This document shows, in pieces, positions 1 to 10,549 of a stretch of 64,000 nt of DNA. The position numbers were made by a program, and so were the translations under genes. The notes under the pieces are model-generated. The model had not been told where the DNA came from and ran no database searches. It saw nothing but the letters and a program-made list of their open reading frames with translations. How positions within the stretch are numbered: position 1 is the first letter of the stretch; each line of letters opens with the position of its first letter. The stretch is taken from contig WTHB01000162.1 of assembly GCA_011523305.1 (NCBI GenBank), positions 25,260 through 89,259 on the forward strand. The letters run 5' to 3'. This stretch comes from Planctomycetaceae bacterium (GTDB lineage: Bacteria > Planctomycetota > Planctomycetia > Pirellulales > UBA1268).

Positions 1-1032
1 GGTGTCTTCAAGGGGATGCAGGTCTCGATCTTTGACGTCACCGAGCCGACCAGTCCGTCATTGCTGCACCGGCATACGCTGGCTGGTGGTCGTGGCACGA
101 GTACCTCCATTACTGGTAATCGCTGGCAGCGCGGAGATGGCGACCACCTTGCACTCGGGTTCTTTCCCGATCAGGGGGTGATCACGATTCCGGTGCGAAC
201 GGATGCTCGTTTCATCTGGGAGCCACCGATCGGCTGGCCGATTGTCATTGACGTCCCCATTGTCAACATTCTGCCCGCGCTCACCTTGGCTGAAGAGCCA
301 GGTCCAGAGTCATCCACGGTCGCGCCGATGGAGGCCATCGGTCTGCCGACACCACCGCGGCGACTGCCCGCCTGGCTGCCGCCGCGTCCGAAGCCGCCCA
401 CGCAACACCTTGAGGTCCTTTCCTTTGACATTGCCGGTGGCATCAGTAGCCTCGGCACAATCGATCATGACACGAACGTCGATCGGGCCGTGCAGATTGC
501 CGGTCATTTGGTGGGAGTCTCGGCTTCGGAGGTGACCGTTCACGAGTTCACCGATCCCACTACTACGCTCGGGTCGGTGCGGCTTGATGCGGTGTCTATT
601 CAGCCCATGCACGACTTGCCCCCCGCCGTACCGCAGCCCTTGCCGGACTTGAAGGCCCTCCTCGACCGAGCCGTGGCCGGCTTGCCCGTCCACGGAGCCT
701 GGAAGGCCAAGGCTGCTGAGACGGTGGGGGATCAGACGGTGGTCTTCGCTGAACATGCCAGCGGGGCGGTCCACCGACTGACTGGAAAGGGAAACTTCAG
801 TGAAGAGGGTTGGGCGGCTTTTGGTTTTGATGGCATCGGCAATGCCGAAAGCACACCGCTGGCGAGAGCATCTCGTGGCAGCGGCTTCGGGCCTGCCGAG
901 GTGGCTGCCATGCAGAGCGTTCTCAGTGATACGGTGCTTGAGCGACTTGATATGTTCCGCGACCAGGACGGTCGCGCGAAGCGAAGGGGTGGGCTTTTCG
1001 CCGAGGTCATGAGTCAGTTCGGCCGAGAGTGA
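1..1032 (+). CDS. Beta-propeller domain-containing protein, C-terminal part (5' end outside window)
   Basis: Frame is open from base 1 (GVFKGMQVSIFDVTEPTSP), resembling the GxKxSLFDVSDPxxP motif of Beta_propel-family secreted proteins; Pro-rich linkers; stop at 1032. Confidence 0.55.
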   Translation, partial: GVFKGMQVSIFDVTEPTSPSLLHRHTLAGGRGTSTSITGNRWQRGDGDHLALGFFPDQGVITIPVRTDARFIWEPPIGWPIVIDVPIVNILPALTLAEEPGPESSTVAPMEAIGLPTPPRRLPAWLPPRPKPPTQHLEVLSFDIAGGISSLGTIDHDTNVDRAVQIAGHLVGVSASEVTVHEFTDPTTTLGSVRLDAVSIQPMHDLPPAVPQPLPDLKALLDRAVAGLPVHGAWKAKAAETVGDQTVVFAEHASGAVHRLTGKGNFSEEGWAAFGFDGIGNAESTPLARASRGSGFGPAEVAAMQSVLSDTVLERLDMFRDQDGRAKRRGGLFAEVMSQFGRE

Positions 1033-1088
1033 AGCCGAGTTCTCTTCGCGAATCACTCGGGACGTTTCCTGCACCAAAGGGATGAAGG

Positions 1089-2378
1089 CTACGCACTCTC
1101 TGGCCAGAGCATGGCAGACAGTCTCTGTGCGGTTTGCTGCCAACAATAGGCGGACAGGTCAGGCGTCTGACGCGGCTGGCTCACCGCCCGCTGGATGGCG
1201 GTGCACAGCCCGGTAACACTCGCCTCGGGGGCAACGGTCGCATACGTCCCGCCGACCTCCTTGAGCGTCGGGTTGTCCGGGGGAATCACCACGCGACTGC
1301 CGCAGGCGAGTGCCTCGATGGTTGGCAGCCCAAAGCCTTCGGCGGCAGACCAGTTCACGACGACATCACTCGAGGAATAAGCCTGGCGGACAACAGCATC
1401 CGAAACGTGACCCAGGTAGATGGCATTGCCCTCCCGCCGAGCAGTTCCTTTCCCCAGGAAGACTGCATAGGCATCGAGCTGCTGAACGGCATCGGCAATC
1501 TCGGCAAAGCGTTTCCGGGGGTCTTGCGTGCTCACGGCAACCACGACCGGCGGTCCGTCAGGAATCCCATGCCGCTGGCGAAAGGAGGGGTCTGGTTCAG
1601 GGTAGAAGGTTTCTGCGTCATAGCCCCAGGAGATCAGGTCAACGTCGATCTCTGTCCGGACCAACCCTTGAAGCAGCCGCTGAATGTCGGTGGCGACATG
1701 CTGGGATGCGGTCACAATGCGGCGGCGGTGCAGATCAGGGGCAAGGGCGAGATCGCCGAGATTGTTGAAAAACCCCCGGCGCATCTTGGCCGGATAAAAG
1801 GCAGGAAACTGCAGCGGGATCAGATCGTGGAGAACATAGACCGACCGCTCCGGAGGGACGCTCGGCAGCACCATGGCGGGGAGGATTCCGGCTGCAAAGG
1901 TGAGGTAGGCATCTGCCGTGATTGGCTCTGCTGGCTTCCTCCCCAGCCAGTGAGATCGAACCTGCCTGAGCCATGCCGGCATTCGCGAGAAAGACGACAC
2001 GCGATCGTGGTGCTCTCTGGCCGCCTCGCGGTAGGCCTCGATCCGCCTGCGGATCTGGTTGCGGGCATTGGCGTACAGGACACCTTCGTGCACCTCAATG
2101 CCAGCCGCGATGCGATTGAGGTCCTTAGGAACGTGACTAACTGCCTCTATGCTAGACCAGTGCTGAATCATCCGCTGGTGTGAACGCTTGGTGCGAACGC
2201 CGATGACGTCCCAGCCCCGGTGGATCGCGTCACGGATGAGCAATGGGGTGACTTCGCGAATGACCCGCTGTATGCCTTGGATGGGACGGTTCCAGAGGGC
2301 CGTTAGGTCCAAGGCAAGCACGGGGGGCTCAGGTCGTGTGTTCCCGGACGTTGCCGGCAGACGGCTAGCGGAACTCAT
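1089..2378 (-). CDS. Glycosyltransferase family 4 (GT-B) protein
   Basis: VLHDLIP, DPRKRF and SAAEGFGLPTIEALACG motifs. Start uncertain (2378, 2390 or 2462). Confidence 0.88.
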   Translation of the reverse strand: MSSASRLPATSGNTRPEPPVLALDLTALWNRPIQGIQRVIREVTPLLIRDAIHRGWDVIGVRTKRSHQRMIQHWSSIEAVSHVPKDLNRIAAGIEVHEGVLYANARNQIRRRIEAYREAAREHHDRVSSFSRMPAWLRQVRSHWLGRKPAEPITADAYLTFAAGILPAMVLPSVPPERSVYVLHDLIPLQFPAFYPAKMRRGFFNNLGDLALAPDLHRRRIVTASQHVATDIQRLLQGLVRTEIDVDLISWGYDAETFYPEPDPSFRQRHGIPDGPPVVVAVSTQDPRKRFAEIADAVQQLDAYAVFLGKGTARREGNAIYLGHVSDAVVRQAYSSSDVVVNWSAAEGFGLPTIEALACGSRVVIPPDNPTLKEVGGTYATVAPEASVTGLCTAIQRAVSQPRQTPDLSAYCWQQTAQRLSAMLWPESA

Positions 2379-2430
2379 GCGGCCTTTCATCAAGGGTTTG
2401 GGACGGAGCAGCCCTCCTCCCCGATGGCTG

Positions 2431-3432
2431 CTACCGTCGCTGAGCGTGCTCGAGTTCATCAACCGGTAGCCAGCGGGCGGCTAGGTCAACACTGAGTCGG
2501 TCTGTTGAGGCCGCCGAGCCGGTTGGCACCTCGGCTCGCCTTGTCGGTTGTTGCCGTCCTTGCCGCTTGGCAGTTCCCCTGGCAATTGCCGCCAGGGCCT
2601 GACGGTCGGCTGGGACAGTGCGTGGCAGCCGGTCAGCCAGACGGACCACACCCTCAGGATTGGTCGTGGCGGCGTCCGACAGGCTGGCCATGAACAGGCA
2701 GATTTCATGCAGATTGGCCGCGGCCGAACGGGCAATCAGTGGCTGCAGGGTGCGGGTGACAATCTCAAGTCCGATGCCATCCATGTCGAGGAAGGCATCG
2801 ATCTGAACGGCCTGCCGTTGGCGACCATCGGTCATCGGTTCAGCCTGCCGGTAGCGGACCATCAGCACGCAGTTGCCGGTCAGGTTTTTCGGGGAGAGCG
2901 GCCCGGTGTAGGCTCCGCGGCCATGGAAGATGAGCATGCCGCCATCTGCCCGCCGATCACGATGAGCCAGGCGGAGGTGGCCGACGGTTCCATAGCCGTC
3001 AGACAGCCGCCACTGCTCCGGTCCAATGGGGTCGAGGGCGAGGCGACTGATTCCTAAGAGACGCCAGATGTCGACAATCGCCTCTGGCTTGTCGAGGGCG
3101 AAGCTAAGCAGGTCGCCGTCGCAGGAAAACAGTTCGACCGGCAGCCGCCGGTAGAGGGTGGTCGTCCGCAGCGACGCCTCAATGGCCTGGCGATCTGCCG
3201 CTGCCATTTTCTCCAGGGGCAAGGCGGCTTCGGCCCGTTGCCGGGCATGCCGGCTGGAACTTCCCCAGTCGGTGCCAAGGGCAGTCAGACCGATGCCGCT
3301 GGCAATGTCGACAGGTTCTCGAGCGGCGGCGCCAGCGAAGGTCGCGCCGAAGGCGAGCATGAGTGTTGAGATGAGGAAGGCCACCGGCGTCCGAAACGCC
3401 AGTTGGCCGCTGCTACGCAGCGAAGTCTGCAT
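2431..3432 (-). CDS. Exported hypothetical protein
   Basis: Long ORF; ATG at 3432 preceded by GGGGGA; N-terminal signal-peptide-like segment (VAFLISTLMLAFGATFAGAAA). Confidence 0.7.
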   Translation of the reverse strand: MQTSLRSSGQLAFRTPVAFLISTLMLAFGATFAGAAAREPVDIASGIGLTALGTDWGSSSRHARQRAEAALPLEKMAAADRQAIEASLRTTTLYRRLPVELFSCDGDLLSFALDKPEAIVDIWRLLGISRLALDPIGPEQWRLSDGYGTVGHLRLAHRDRRADGGMLIFHGRGAYTGPLSPKNLTGNCVLMVRYRQAEPMTDGRQRQAVQIDAFLDMDGIGLEIVTRTLQPLIARSAAANLHEICLFMASLSDAATTNPEGVVRLADRLPRTVPADRQALAAIARGTAKRQGRQQPTRRAEVPTGSAASTDRLSVDLAARWLPVDELEHAQRR

Positions 3433-3720
3433 CGTATCCCCCCTGACGAGTCCCCCCAGTGCAGGTGTCCACGCGGCAATGCCACCCGAACACCTGCAGA
3501 TATGTTCGGATTTTTCCGGTTCCTCCGGCCAATGAAAATTCCGGATATATCGGAAACTTTGCGCAGAACCCGCGGTTTGACTGGTCTGGTTCGGCCTTGG
3601 CGGCGGAGCAGGCAATTTCTATGCTCCCGCACCTATTTGGGCGGCCCAATGTGGTGTCGCCGGCGACCTACACGACGTCCTTTGGCGGGCGATTGCCGTG
3701 GTGTGTCCACGGTCCGGTGC

Positions 3721-6564
3721 ATGCACGACGACCCCACCCAGCCTGAGCCCGCCTTGCCGTCAGCCGGCCGGCTGTCCACAGATCAGCGTCGGCAGAAGCG
3801 GGCTGCCGGTGCCCATGCACCGAGCCTGCTCAGCCGGCTGATGGTTGCCTGGGCCCGGCAGTGTCTCATCCGTCCCTGGACCATTGTCTTGCTCGCCGTG
3901 GTGACCGCCGCAGCCGCCGGCCTCTGGACGGCAGGCTCGCTCGGCTACAAGGTCAGCCGGGTCGATCTGCTCGACCCCGACAGTGACTACAACAAACTCT
4001 GGATCGATTACATCCGCGAGTTTGGCGAAGACGACGATGCTGTGGTGGTGGTGGAAGGGGGCACTCGGGCAGCCACGGTGGCCGCCCTGGAGGATTTGTC
4101 AGGCCAGTTGGCTCAGCACGAGGACCTGTTTCATTCGATCCTCCATGAGGTCGATCTGACGCAGGTGCGGGCGAAGGGGCTGCACTATGTCTCACCGAAC
4201 GATTTGGCTGCCATCGACCGCTTTCTCAATCGGACTGAACCGGTGCTTGCGGGCGGCTGGACTCACCTGAAGGCCAGCACCATGGTCGGCGGGCTGGCGG
4301 CAGCAGTGGTGTCGGGCATGCCACCGGGCCACGCAGACGATGAGCCACCGCTGAAGACCCTTGAGCGATACAGCGAAAGCCTGTTGGCCAGTCTTGAGGC
4401 GAGTGACCGGGGCCTGACCGCGGAACCGGTGGCGGGTGACTATGTGTCACCCTGGCCAGGAATGCCCGGCAGCTTGTCGACCCTGCGGGATCTTTCCAGC
4501 CAGTACCTGCTGGCCAAGGAAGGGACGCTCGGCTTTGTGCTGTTGCGGCTGGCCAAGGAAGAAGGGGGCTTCGAAGGTGCCTCACTGGCTACCGACACCC
4601 TGCGGCAGCAGATTGACGTGGTCGCCAGTCGCCATGCGGATGCCTCAATCGGCCTCACCGGTCTGCCGGTGATGGAAGACGACGAGATGCGTTCGAGCAA
4701 GCAGTCGATGATCTGGGCCAGCGGCCTGTCACTGGCGGCCGTGGCAGTGGTGATTGTGGCTGGCTTCGGTGGCATCCGGCATGCCCTCATGGCCAACGGG
4801 GTCCTGGTGATCGGGATGGCCTGGGCCTTTGCCTGGGCCACCGGGAGCGTCGGCCATCTCAATATTCTCAGTGTCACCTTCACCGTCACCATGATTGGTG
4901 TCGGGATCGACTACGGCACGTACTACATCGGCCGGTATCTGGCGATGCGGCGGCAGGGGCTCGACTGCACGGAAGCCATTCTCGAAACCAGTGGATCGGT
5001 CGGGCCGAGCATTCTCACCGGGGCGATTACCACGTCCATCGCCTTCTTCTCGGCAGCGCTGACCAGTTTTGTCGGTGTGGCGGAGTTGGGCCTGATTGCC
5101 GGCGGAGGCATTCTGCTCTGCTGCGCAGCGGAACTGATGGTCCTGCCGGCGGTGATTGCCATTGTCGACCGCAGTCCGTTGGGCCGGTCGATTCCTGAGC
5201 CGGTGCCGGTGCATCGGTGGCTCGCGCCACTCACCCGCCATCCACGCTTTGTCGCACTGGCCGCCGTTGCCGGAAGTTTGGCGGTGAGTTCGGGCATCCA
5301 TGACCTTCGCTACGACCACAACCTGCTCAACCTGCAGCCCGACGGGCTGGAAAGTGTCGAGATCGAAAAGAAACTGTTGGAGGAGTGCGATCAGAGCGTC
5401 TGGTATGCCTTGTCGATTGCCGATTCTCGCGAGGAGCTGCTGGCCCGGAAGGAGCAACTGGCTGCCCTGCCGACGGTTGAGCGGGTCGACGAAATTGCCT
5501 CGCTGTTGGCGGGTGAAGAAGAGGTCAAGACGCCGCTGATCACGCGTATTGGCAGCCGGCTGGAGGGCCTGCCTGAGCGGCCCCCGCAAATTCCGCTCGA
5601 TCGGCTCGATGCCCTCGGTGAGACCCTGGGGTGGGCCCAGGTTGAGGCGGCCAAGCGACCAGGCGGCATGAGGGCAGCCTGGCACCTGGAGCGGGCCCGG
5701 GAGACCCTGCGGCGGATGGGCCCAGAGCAGTGCTACCAGGCGTTGGCGGTCTTTCAGCAACGCGCGGCGGGGGAATTGCTCAGCCGACTCCATGCGTTGG
5801 CGGCAGTTTCCGACCCTGTACCGCCATCGCTCGATGACTTGCCAGCAAGCCTCGTCGATCGGTTTGTGGGGGCCAGCGGCAAGCACCTCCTGAAGATCTA
5901 CGGCCGGGGTGACATCTGGAACTTTGACGCCCTCGAACGGTTTGTGGGGGATGTTCGCAGCGTCGACCCCAATGCGACCGGCAACCCGTTGCAGGCCTAT
6001 GAGGCCTCGCTGGAGATGAAGCGGAGTTATGAGCAGGCGGCCCTCTACTCGCTGGTTGTGATCATCGCCGTGCTGTGGATCGATTTTCGGAGCCTGACGC
6101 ACTCGTTATTGGCGGCCTTGCCGTTGGCTGTCGGCATGGCGCAGACACTCGGCCTGATGGGGCTGGTCGGCATCGACCTCAATCCGGCCAATCTGATCGG
6201 TATCCCGCTGATCCTTGGCATCGCGGTCGACTATGGAGTTCACATTGTTCATGACGCACTCGAACGCCCCGGGGCCTACCGAATCAGTGCCTCAACAGCC
6301 AACGCAGTGTTGGTCGATGCCCTGACGACGATCCTGGGCTTTGGTGCCTTGATGGTTGCCAGCCACAGGGGGCTTGAGAGTCTTGGCCGGCTGCTCACGC
6401 TGGGCGTCACCACCTGCACGTTCACCTCGCTTGTTTTCCTGCCGGCAGTGCTTGGCATGCTGCGGCCCGGGGGCGATGAATCAGCAGAAGAAGCCGACGC
6501 ACCGCCGGAGGATGCGGTGCTGGCACGTGTCCCCCCAGCCACCAGCCTCCGGCAGGCTGCCTAA
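3721..6564 (+). CDS. MMPL/RND family transporter (HpnN-like hopanoid/lipid exporter)
   Basis: Two repeats of 1 TM + periplasmic domain + 5 TM; GVGIDYG and GIAVDYGVHIV motifs; LTGLPV and ATGNPL motifs. Confidence 0.85.
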   Translation: MHDDPTQPEPALPSAGRLSTDQRRQKRAAGAHAPSLLSRLMVAWARQCLIRPWTIVLLAVVTAAAAGLWTAGSLGYKVSRVDLLDPDSDYNKLWIDYIREFGEDDDAVVVVEGGTRAATVAALEDLSGQLAQHEDLFHSILHEVDLTQVRAKGLHYVSPNDLAAIDRFLNRTEPVLAGGWTHLKASTMVGGLAAAVVSGMPPGHADDEPPLKTLERYSESLLASLEASDRGLTAEPVAGDYVSPWPGMPGSLSTLRDLSSQYLLAKEGTLGFVLLRLAKEEGGFEGASLATDTLRQQIDVVASRHADASIGLTGLPVMEDDEMRSSKQSMIWASGLSLAAVAVVIVAGFGGIRHALMANGVLVIGMAWAFAWATGSVGHLNILSVTFTVTMIGVGIDYGTYYIGRYLAMRRQGLDCTEAILETSGSVGPSILTGAITTSIAFFSAALTSFVGVAELGLIAGGGILLCCAAELMVLPAVIAIVDRSPLGRSIPEPVPVHRWLAPLTRHPRFVALAAVAGSLAVSSGIHDLRYDHNLLNLQPDGLESVEIEKKLLEECDQSVWYALSIADSREELLARKEQLAALPTVERVDEIASLLAGEEEVKTPLITRIGSRLEGLPERPPQIPLDRLDALGETLGWAQVEAAKRPGGMRAAWHLERARETLRRMGPEQCYQALAVFQQRAAGELLSRLHALAAVSDPVPPSLDDLPASLVDRFVGASGKHLLKIYGRGDIWNFDALERFVGDVRSVDPNATGNPLQAYEASLEMKRSYEQAALYSLVVIIAVLWIDFRSLTHSLLAALPLAVGMAQTLGLMGLVGIDLNPANLIGIPLILGIAVDYGVHIVHDALERPGAYRISASTANAVLVDALTTILGFGALMVASHRGLESLGRLLTLGVTTCTFTSLVFLPAVLGMLRPGGDESAEEADAPPEDAVLARVPPATSLRQAA

Positions 6565-6609
6565 GGCGCTTTCGTACCCCAGTTCTCTCGTACCTCAGAA
6601 GGATCAGCG

Positions 6610-7263
6610 ATGCGCACCATTTCACACCCGGTTCACAGAATCGCAGCGGTCTGTGTACTCGCGATTGGCTGTCTGGCACCCGCTGCTACCATTGCAGCGG
6701 ACGCTGCGATGAACATCGCGATGGAGGATCAGTTCGGCACCTCATGTGCGACCGCTGCGTGGCGTGGTGACGTCGTGGTGCTGGTCTATGCCGAGCGACT
6801 GGGGGCCGAAGCGGCGCTGGCCCTGGGCCGTCGGCTGCATTTGCAGTTTCATCCAACCGCCGCCCAGGCGGAGGCCGAGGCCTGGGCGACGCAGCCGGTG
6901 GTGGGGCTGGCCCACTGGCCTGCCAGCGTTCCCGTGCCCGATGTGCGTGTCACGCCGGTGGCGTCATTGACGGAAGTTCCGCGTGCCCTTCGGCCTGTTG
7001 CCCGGGCCCGCATGCGGAAAGATTCACCTCACGTGCCGGTCTGGCTCGACTTTGAGGGGTCACTGGAACGGATGTTCGGCATCATCCCAGGTGAGGCCAA
7101 CGTGGTTGTGCTCGACACGGCCGGCCGGGTGCGCAGCGTGCTGTCCGGAAACTTCACTGAGCAGGAATACAACCAGTTCGTCGGGCTGCTTGACCAGTTG
7201 CGGCTGGCCGCCCGGCCTGAGCTGCGGGTGGCAGCAGAGCCTGGCAGCAGCACCCAACGATAA
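6610..7263 (+). CDS. Exported hypothetical protein with thioredoxin-like fold (no CxxC)
   Basis: Signal peptide; MEDQFG...WRGDVVVLVY and VWLDFEG...NVVVLDTAGRV resemble redoxin-fold segments. Confidence 0.6.
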   Translation: MRTISHPVHRIAAVCVLAIGCLAPAATIAADAAMNIAMEDQFGTSCATAAWRGDVVVLVYAERLGAEAALALGRRLHLQFHPTAAQAEAEAWATQPVVGLAHWPASVPVPDVRVTPVASLTEVPRALRPVARARMRKDSPHVPVWLDFEGSLERMFGIIPGEANVVVLDTAGRVRSVLSGNFTEQEYNQFVGLLDQLRLAARPELRVAAEPGSSTQR

Positions 7264-7278
7264 GGCAGCGGCAGGCAG

Positions 7279-8160
7279 TTAGCCTGACCGGCCTTTGAAG
7301 CGACGACTAGCGCGGGCGAGGATGTCTCGCTCTTCGCGCGTCAGGCTCGATTCACCTGAGCGACTGATCTTCTCGAGGATTTCGTCAACGCGGGCCTGCA
7401 GGCTCACCTCGTCTTCACCATCCTGCGGGCGACGTGTGCCGATGTCGTCTGGTCGGACGACCTTGAACCGTCGCCGCATCTGTCGCAAACGACCGCCGAG
7501 GTCCGACAGGCCACTGAGATTCCAGCCCCGCCAAGCGTAGACCAGGCCGAACACCGCGCCACCGATGTGGGCCACGTGGGCAACGTTGCCACTACCCTGG
7601 GCGGCCCCCTGAACGTCGCTGACGAAGTAGAGAATGCCGAGGACCCATGCCGGGATGGGCAGGACGCCCCAGATCAGCACTTCTTGCCGGGGGAAGTACC
7701 AGACAAAGACTGCCAAGACCGCCATCACTCCACCGCTGGCCCCAATCAAATAACTGTTGCCGGGAGGAAACCCACCGGAGAAGAGGTTGGCACTGAGGAC
7801 CCAGGCCAAGCCTGCGATGACAATGGAGACAAAGTAGAACCGGTAGAACTCGACGCGGCCGAGAATCTGCTCCACGGCCCTTCCGAAGAAGAACAGTGCC
7901 AGCATGTTGAAGGCGAGGTGCCAGGGGGTGCGGGCGTCGTGCGCGAAGCCGTAACTGACCAGTTTCCAGACCTGGAGCAGATGTTCCGGGAGATCACCCC
8001 GCAGGGCGAACAGGCTGTTGATCGAGAAGTTGGGGCTCCCGACCAGATTCAGCACCCAGACGCCCACGTTGGCGATGATCAGCGTGATGACGGCCGTCCA
8101 GTCGGACCGCGATTGATAACGATTGTCAAAGCGGTAGTAGCCGCGGTCGGAAAAGCCCAT
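7279..8160 (-). CDS. Rhomboid family intramembrane serine protease with C-terminal soluble tail
   Basis: HLAFNM, GASGG (catalytic Ser), AHVAHIGG (catalytic His); C-terminal VDEILEKISRSGESSLTREE. Confidence 0.92.
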   Translation of the reverse strand: MGFSDRGYYRFDNRYQSRSDWTAVITLIIANVGVWVLNLVGSPNFSINSLFALRGDLPEHLLQVWKLVSYGFAHDARTPWHLAFNMLALFFFGRAVEQILGRVEFYRFYFVSIVIAGLAWVLSANLFSGGFPPGNSYLIGASGGVMAVLAVFVWYFPRQEVLIWGVLPIPAWVLGILYFVSDVQGAAQGSGNVAHVAHIGGAVFGLVYAWRGWNLSGLSDLGGRLRQMRRRFKVVRPDDIGTRRPQDGEDEVSLQARVDEILEKISRSGESSLTREERDILARASRRFKGRSG

Positions 8161-8365
8161 GCGGTCGCCTGCTGGGGAAAAGGAAAGGAATGGGGGCCGC
8201 ATTCCTATCGTAGCAGGCCGGTGCCACGCCTCCCACCGGTGGCGTGCCGGCCCGGTGGGGACTGTAGCCGCGCCCGTGGCTGTGATACGCTCTGCGAGCG
8301 ACAGGATTCCGCCCTGTCCGAGGGGGCGATGCCCCAAGAAACGCATTTCGACACGAGGGGAAACG

Positions 8366-9562
8366 ATGGCAACGAACGGCAGACTCAATCGCAAACTTCG
8401 GATGGGTATCGTCGGGGGCGGGCAGGGCTCGTTTATCGGCCGGGTGCACGTGACCGCCGCCGTGCTCGACAATCGGGCCGCCTTGGTGGCCGGGGCTTTT
8501 TCAAGTGACCCAGAGCGGTCCAAAGCGAGCGCCGCCGACTATGACGTTTGCGATGACCGCGCCTATGGCTCTTACGCCGAGATGTTTGAAAAAGAGCGGG
8601 CCCTCCCTGAGGGCGAGCGGATCGATTACGTCTCGGTCGCTACTCCCAACCACATGCACTTCCCCGTTGCCAAAGCGGCGGTTGAGGCGGGCTTTCACGT
8701 GGTCTGCGACAAACCATTGACTCTCACGCTGGCCGAGGCTGAAGAACTCGCCGAAGTGGTTCGCAATTCAGCATCGGTCTTCGTAGTCACCCATAACTAC
8801 ACCGGGTACCCACTGGTCCGACAGGCCCGTGAAATGATTCTTTCGGGGGAACTTGGTGAGATTCAGGCCATCCGGTCGGAATACATCCAGGGCTGGCTGC
8901 GGACGCGACTGGAAGGTGAGGGCCAGAAGCAGGCCAGTTGGCGGACCGACCCCAAACGGAGCGGGGCAGCGGGTGCCTTCGGTGACATCGGCACGCATGC
9001 TTACAACCTCGGCCGGTATATGACCGGCCTATTTCCTGAGAAGATCAGCGCGAATCTCAAGGCCTTCGTGCCGGACCGCCCGCTTGATGACTATGGGCAG
9101 GCGGTCATCCGCTATGAAAACGGTGGCCTCGGAAGTGTCACCGCCTCGCAGATCAGTCATGGTCGTGAGAACGATCTACGGATTCAGATTGACGGCACCC
9201 TCGCGAGCCTCGAGTGGCATCAGGAAAATCCGAACCAGTTGTTTGTGCGGAAGAACGGGCATCCGCATGCCATCTATACCCGCGACCCAAATGCTCCCTT
9301 CACCAATGTCATGGGGCAGGCCGCCTGCCGCCTGCCGGCAGGCCACCCAGAGGCCTTCTTCGAGGCGTTTGCCAATGTCTATCGATGTGGGTTCGATGCG
9401 ATGGAACAGGCGATCTGTGGAGACGCTTTTGAGCGCACGGACACGGTGTACCCCAACATTCACGATGGCGTTGAGGGAATGTACTTCATTGAGCAGGCGG
9501 TGGCGTCCAGCCAGGCCGATGCTGCTTGGTTGCCGCTGAAGCATCCGCTGGCCCGCCGGTAG
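8366..9562 (+). CDS. Gfo/Idh/MocA family oxidoreductase
   Basis: [26 protein letters not shown] and DIGTHA motifs. Confidence 0.93.
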   Translation: MATNGRLNRKLRMGIVGGGQGSFIGRVHVTAAVLDNRAALVAGAFSSDPERSKASAADYDVCDDRAYGSYAEMFEKERALPEGERIDYVSVATPNHMHFPVAKAAVEAGFHVVCDKPLTLTLAEAEELAEVVRNSASVFVVTHNYTGYPLVRQAREMILSGELGEIQAIRSEYIQGWLRTRLEGEGQKQASWRTDPKRSGAAGAFGDIGTHAYNLGRYMTGLFPEKISANLKAFVPDRPLDDYGQAVIRYENGGLGSVTASQISHGRENDLRIQIDGTLASLEWHQENPNQLFVRKNGHPHAIYTRDPNAPFTNVMGQAACRLPAGHPEAFFEAFANVYRCGFDAMEQAICGDAFERTDTVYPNIHDGVEGMYFIEQAVASSQADAAWLPLKHPLARR

Positions 9563-9585
9563 TCGATCATCGGAGGAGTGGCGTG

Positions 9586-10401
9586 ATGACAAAAAAACGG
9601 GTGGCTCGGCTGGTGTTCGATATCGAATCAGCCGCGGACGGGGAACTGATCCGGAAAATCCGGTACGCGGGTGAAGATCTTTCCCCCACGGAGGCGATTG
9701 CCAAATACCGGGATGAGTTACTTGCGCAGAACGGCAAGGACTTCATTCCCTACACCTTCCAGCAGCCGGTTTCGCTGGTGGTGGCAACAGTCGCCGATGA
9801 CTATTCGCTGATTGACCTCGTGGCCCTCGATGAGGAACTCTCCCGACCACATGAGATCGTCCGCCTGTTCTGGGAAGGCTGGCGGAAGAACGGCCAGCCA
9901 CAGTTGGTGTCATTCAACGGCCGCGGGTTCGACATGCCCTTGCTGGAACTCTGTGCCTTCAAGTTCGGCCTGGCCATCCCCGAATGGCTTGCGGAAAATG
10001 CCCGCAGTTTTGAGCAGCCCCGCAATCGCTACAACACCAATGGGCACCTTGACCTGCACGATCTGTTGACCAACAACGGAGCCAGCCGATTCGTGGGTGG
10101 CCTGTCACTAGCAGCCAACCTGATCGGCAAGCCGGGCAAACTCGATGTGGCCGGCCACATGGTGCAGGATCTCTGGGACAGTGGCCGTGCCCGCGAGATT
10201 CACGACTATTGCCGCAGCGACGTGCTCGACACCTACTTTGTGTTTCTTCGCAGTCGCGTCATGGCGGGCACCCTGTCACTGGACGATGAGCAGTCACTGA
10301 TCGAGGCAGCGCACACCTGGATAAGTAGCAGGGCCAAGGATTCCCCTGGCCTGGCTCGCTACCTGGAAGGCTGGGGCGACTGGCAGAGCCCCTGGGGCTG
10401 A
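9586..10401 (+). CDS. 3'-5' exonuclease, PolB-like (DEDD)
   Basis: ExoI FDIE, ExoII FNGRGFD, ExoIII YCRSDV. Confidence 0.88.
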   Translation: MTKKRVARLVFDIESAADGELIRKIRYAGEDLSPTEAIAKYRDELLAQNGKDFIPYTFQQPVSLVVATVADDYSLIDLVALDEELSRPHEIVRLFWEGWRKNGQPQLVSFNGRGFDMPLLELCAFKFGLAIPEWLAENARSFEQPRNRYNTNGHLDLHDLLTNNGASRFVGGLSLAANLIGKPGKLDVAGHMVQDLWDSGRAREIHDYCRSDVLDTYFVFLRSRVMAGTLSLDDEQSLIEAAHTWISSRAKDSPGLARYLEGWGDWQSPWG

Positions 10402-10416
10402 CGTCACGGAAAGCAC

Positions 10417-10549
10417 GGCCATCCTGTCCGTCTTTCCTTGGGGCGAAAGCCTGCGAGGCCAAGGTTCGCAGGCTTCCGCTGGTGCTGATTGGCGGCATCC
10501 TGCCGCCGGGTGTGGCGAACAAGAAGACGGGGTAAGAAGTAGATGGTCC
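10417..10549. ncRNA. Candidate structured non-coding element in a convergent intergenic region
   Basis: Nested complementary segments: 10417-23/10542-48, 10428-34/10524-30, 10447-56/10466-75 (perfect 10 bp), 10491-97/10501-07. No family recognised. Confidence 0.3.

Noticed and set aside
4729-6102. Long antisense ORFs (also 19757-20926, 37785-38996, 43663-44853, 45007-46083, 53759-54769)
   Set aside because: Shadow ORFs opposite well-supported genes, expected in high-GC DNA; no protein motifs.
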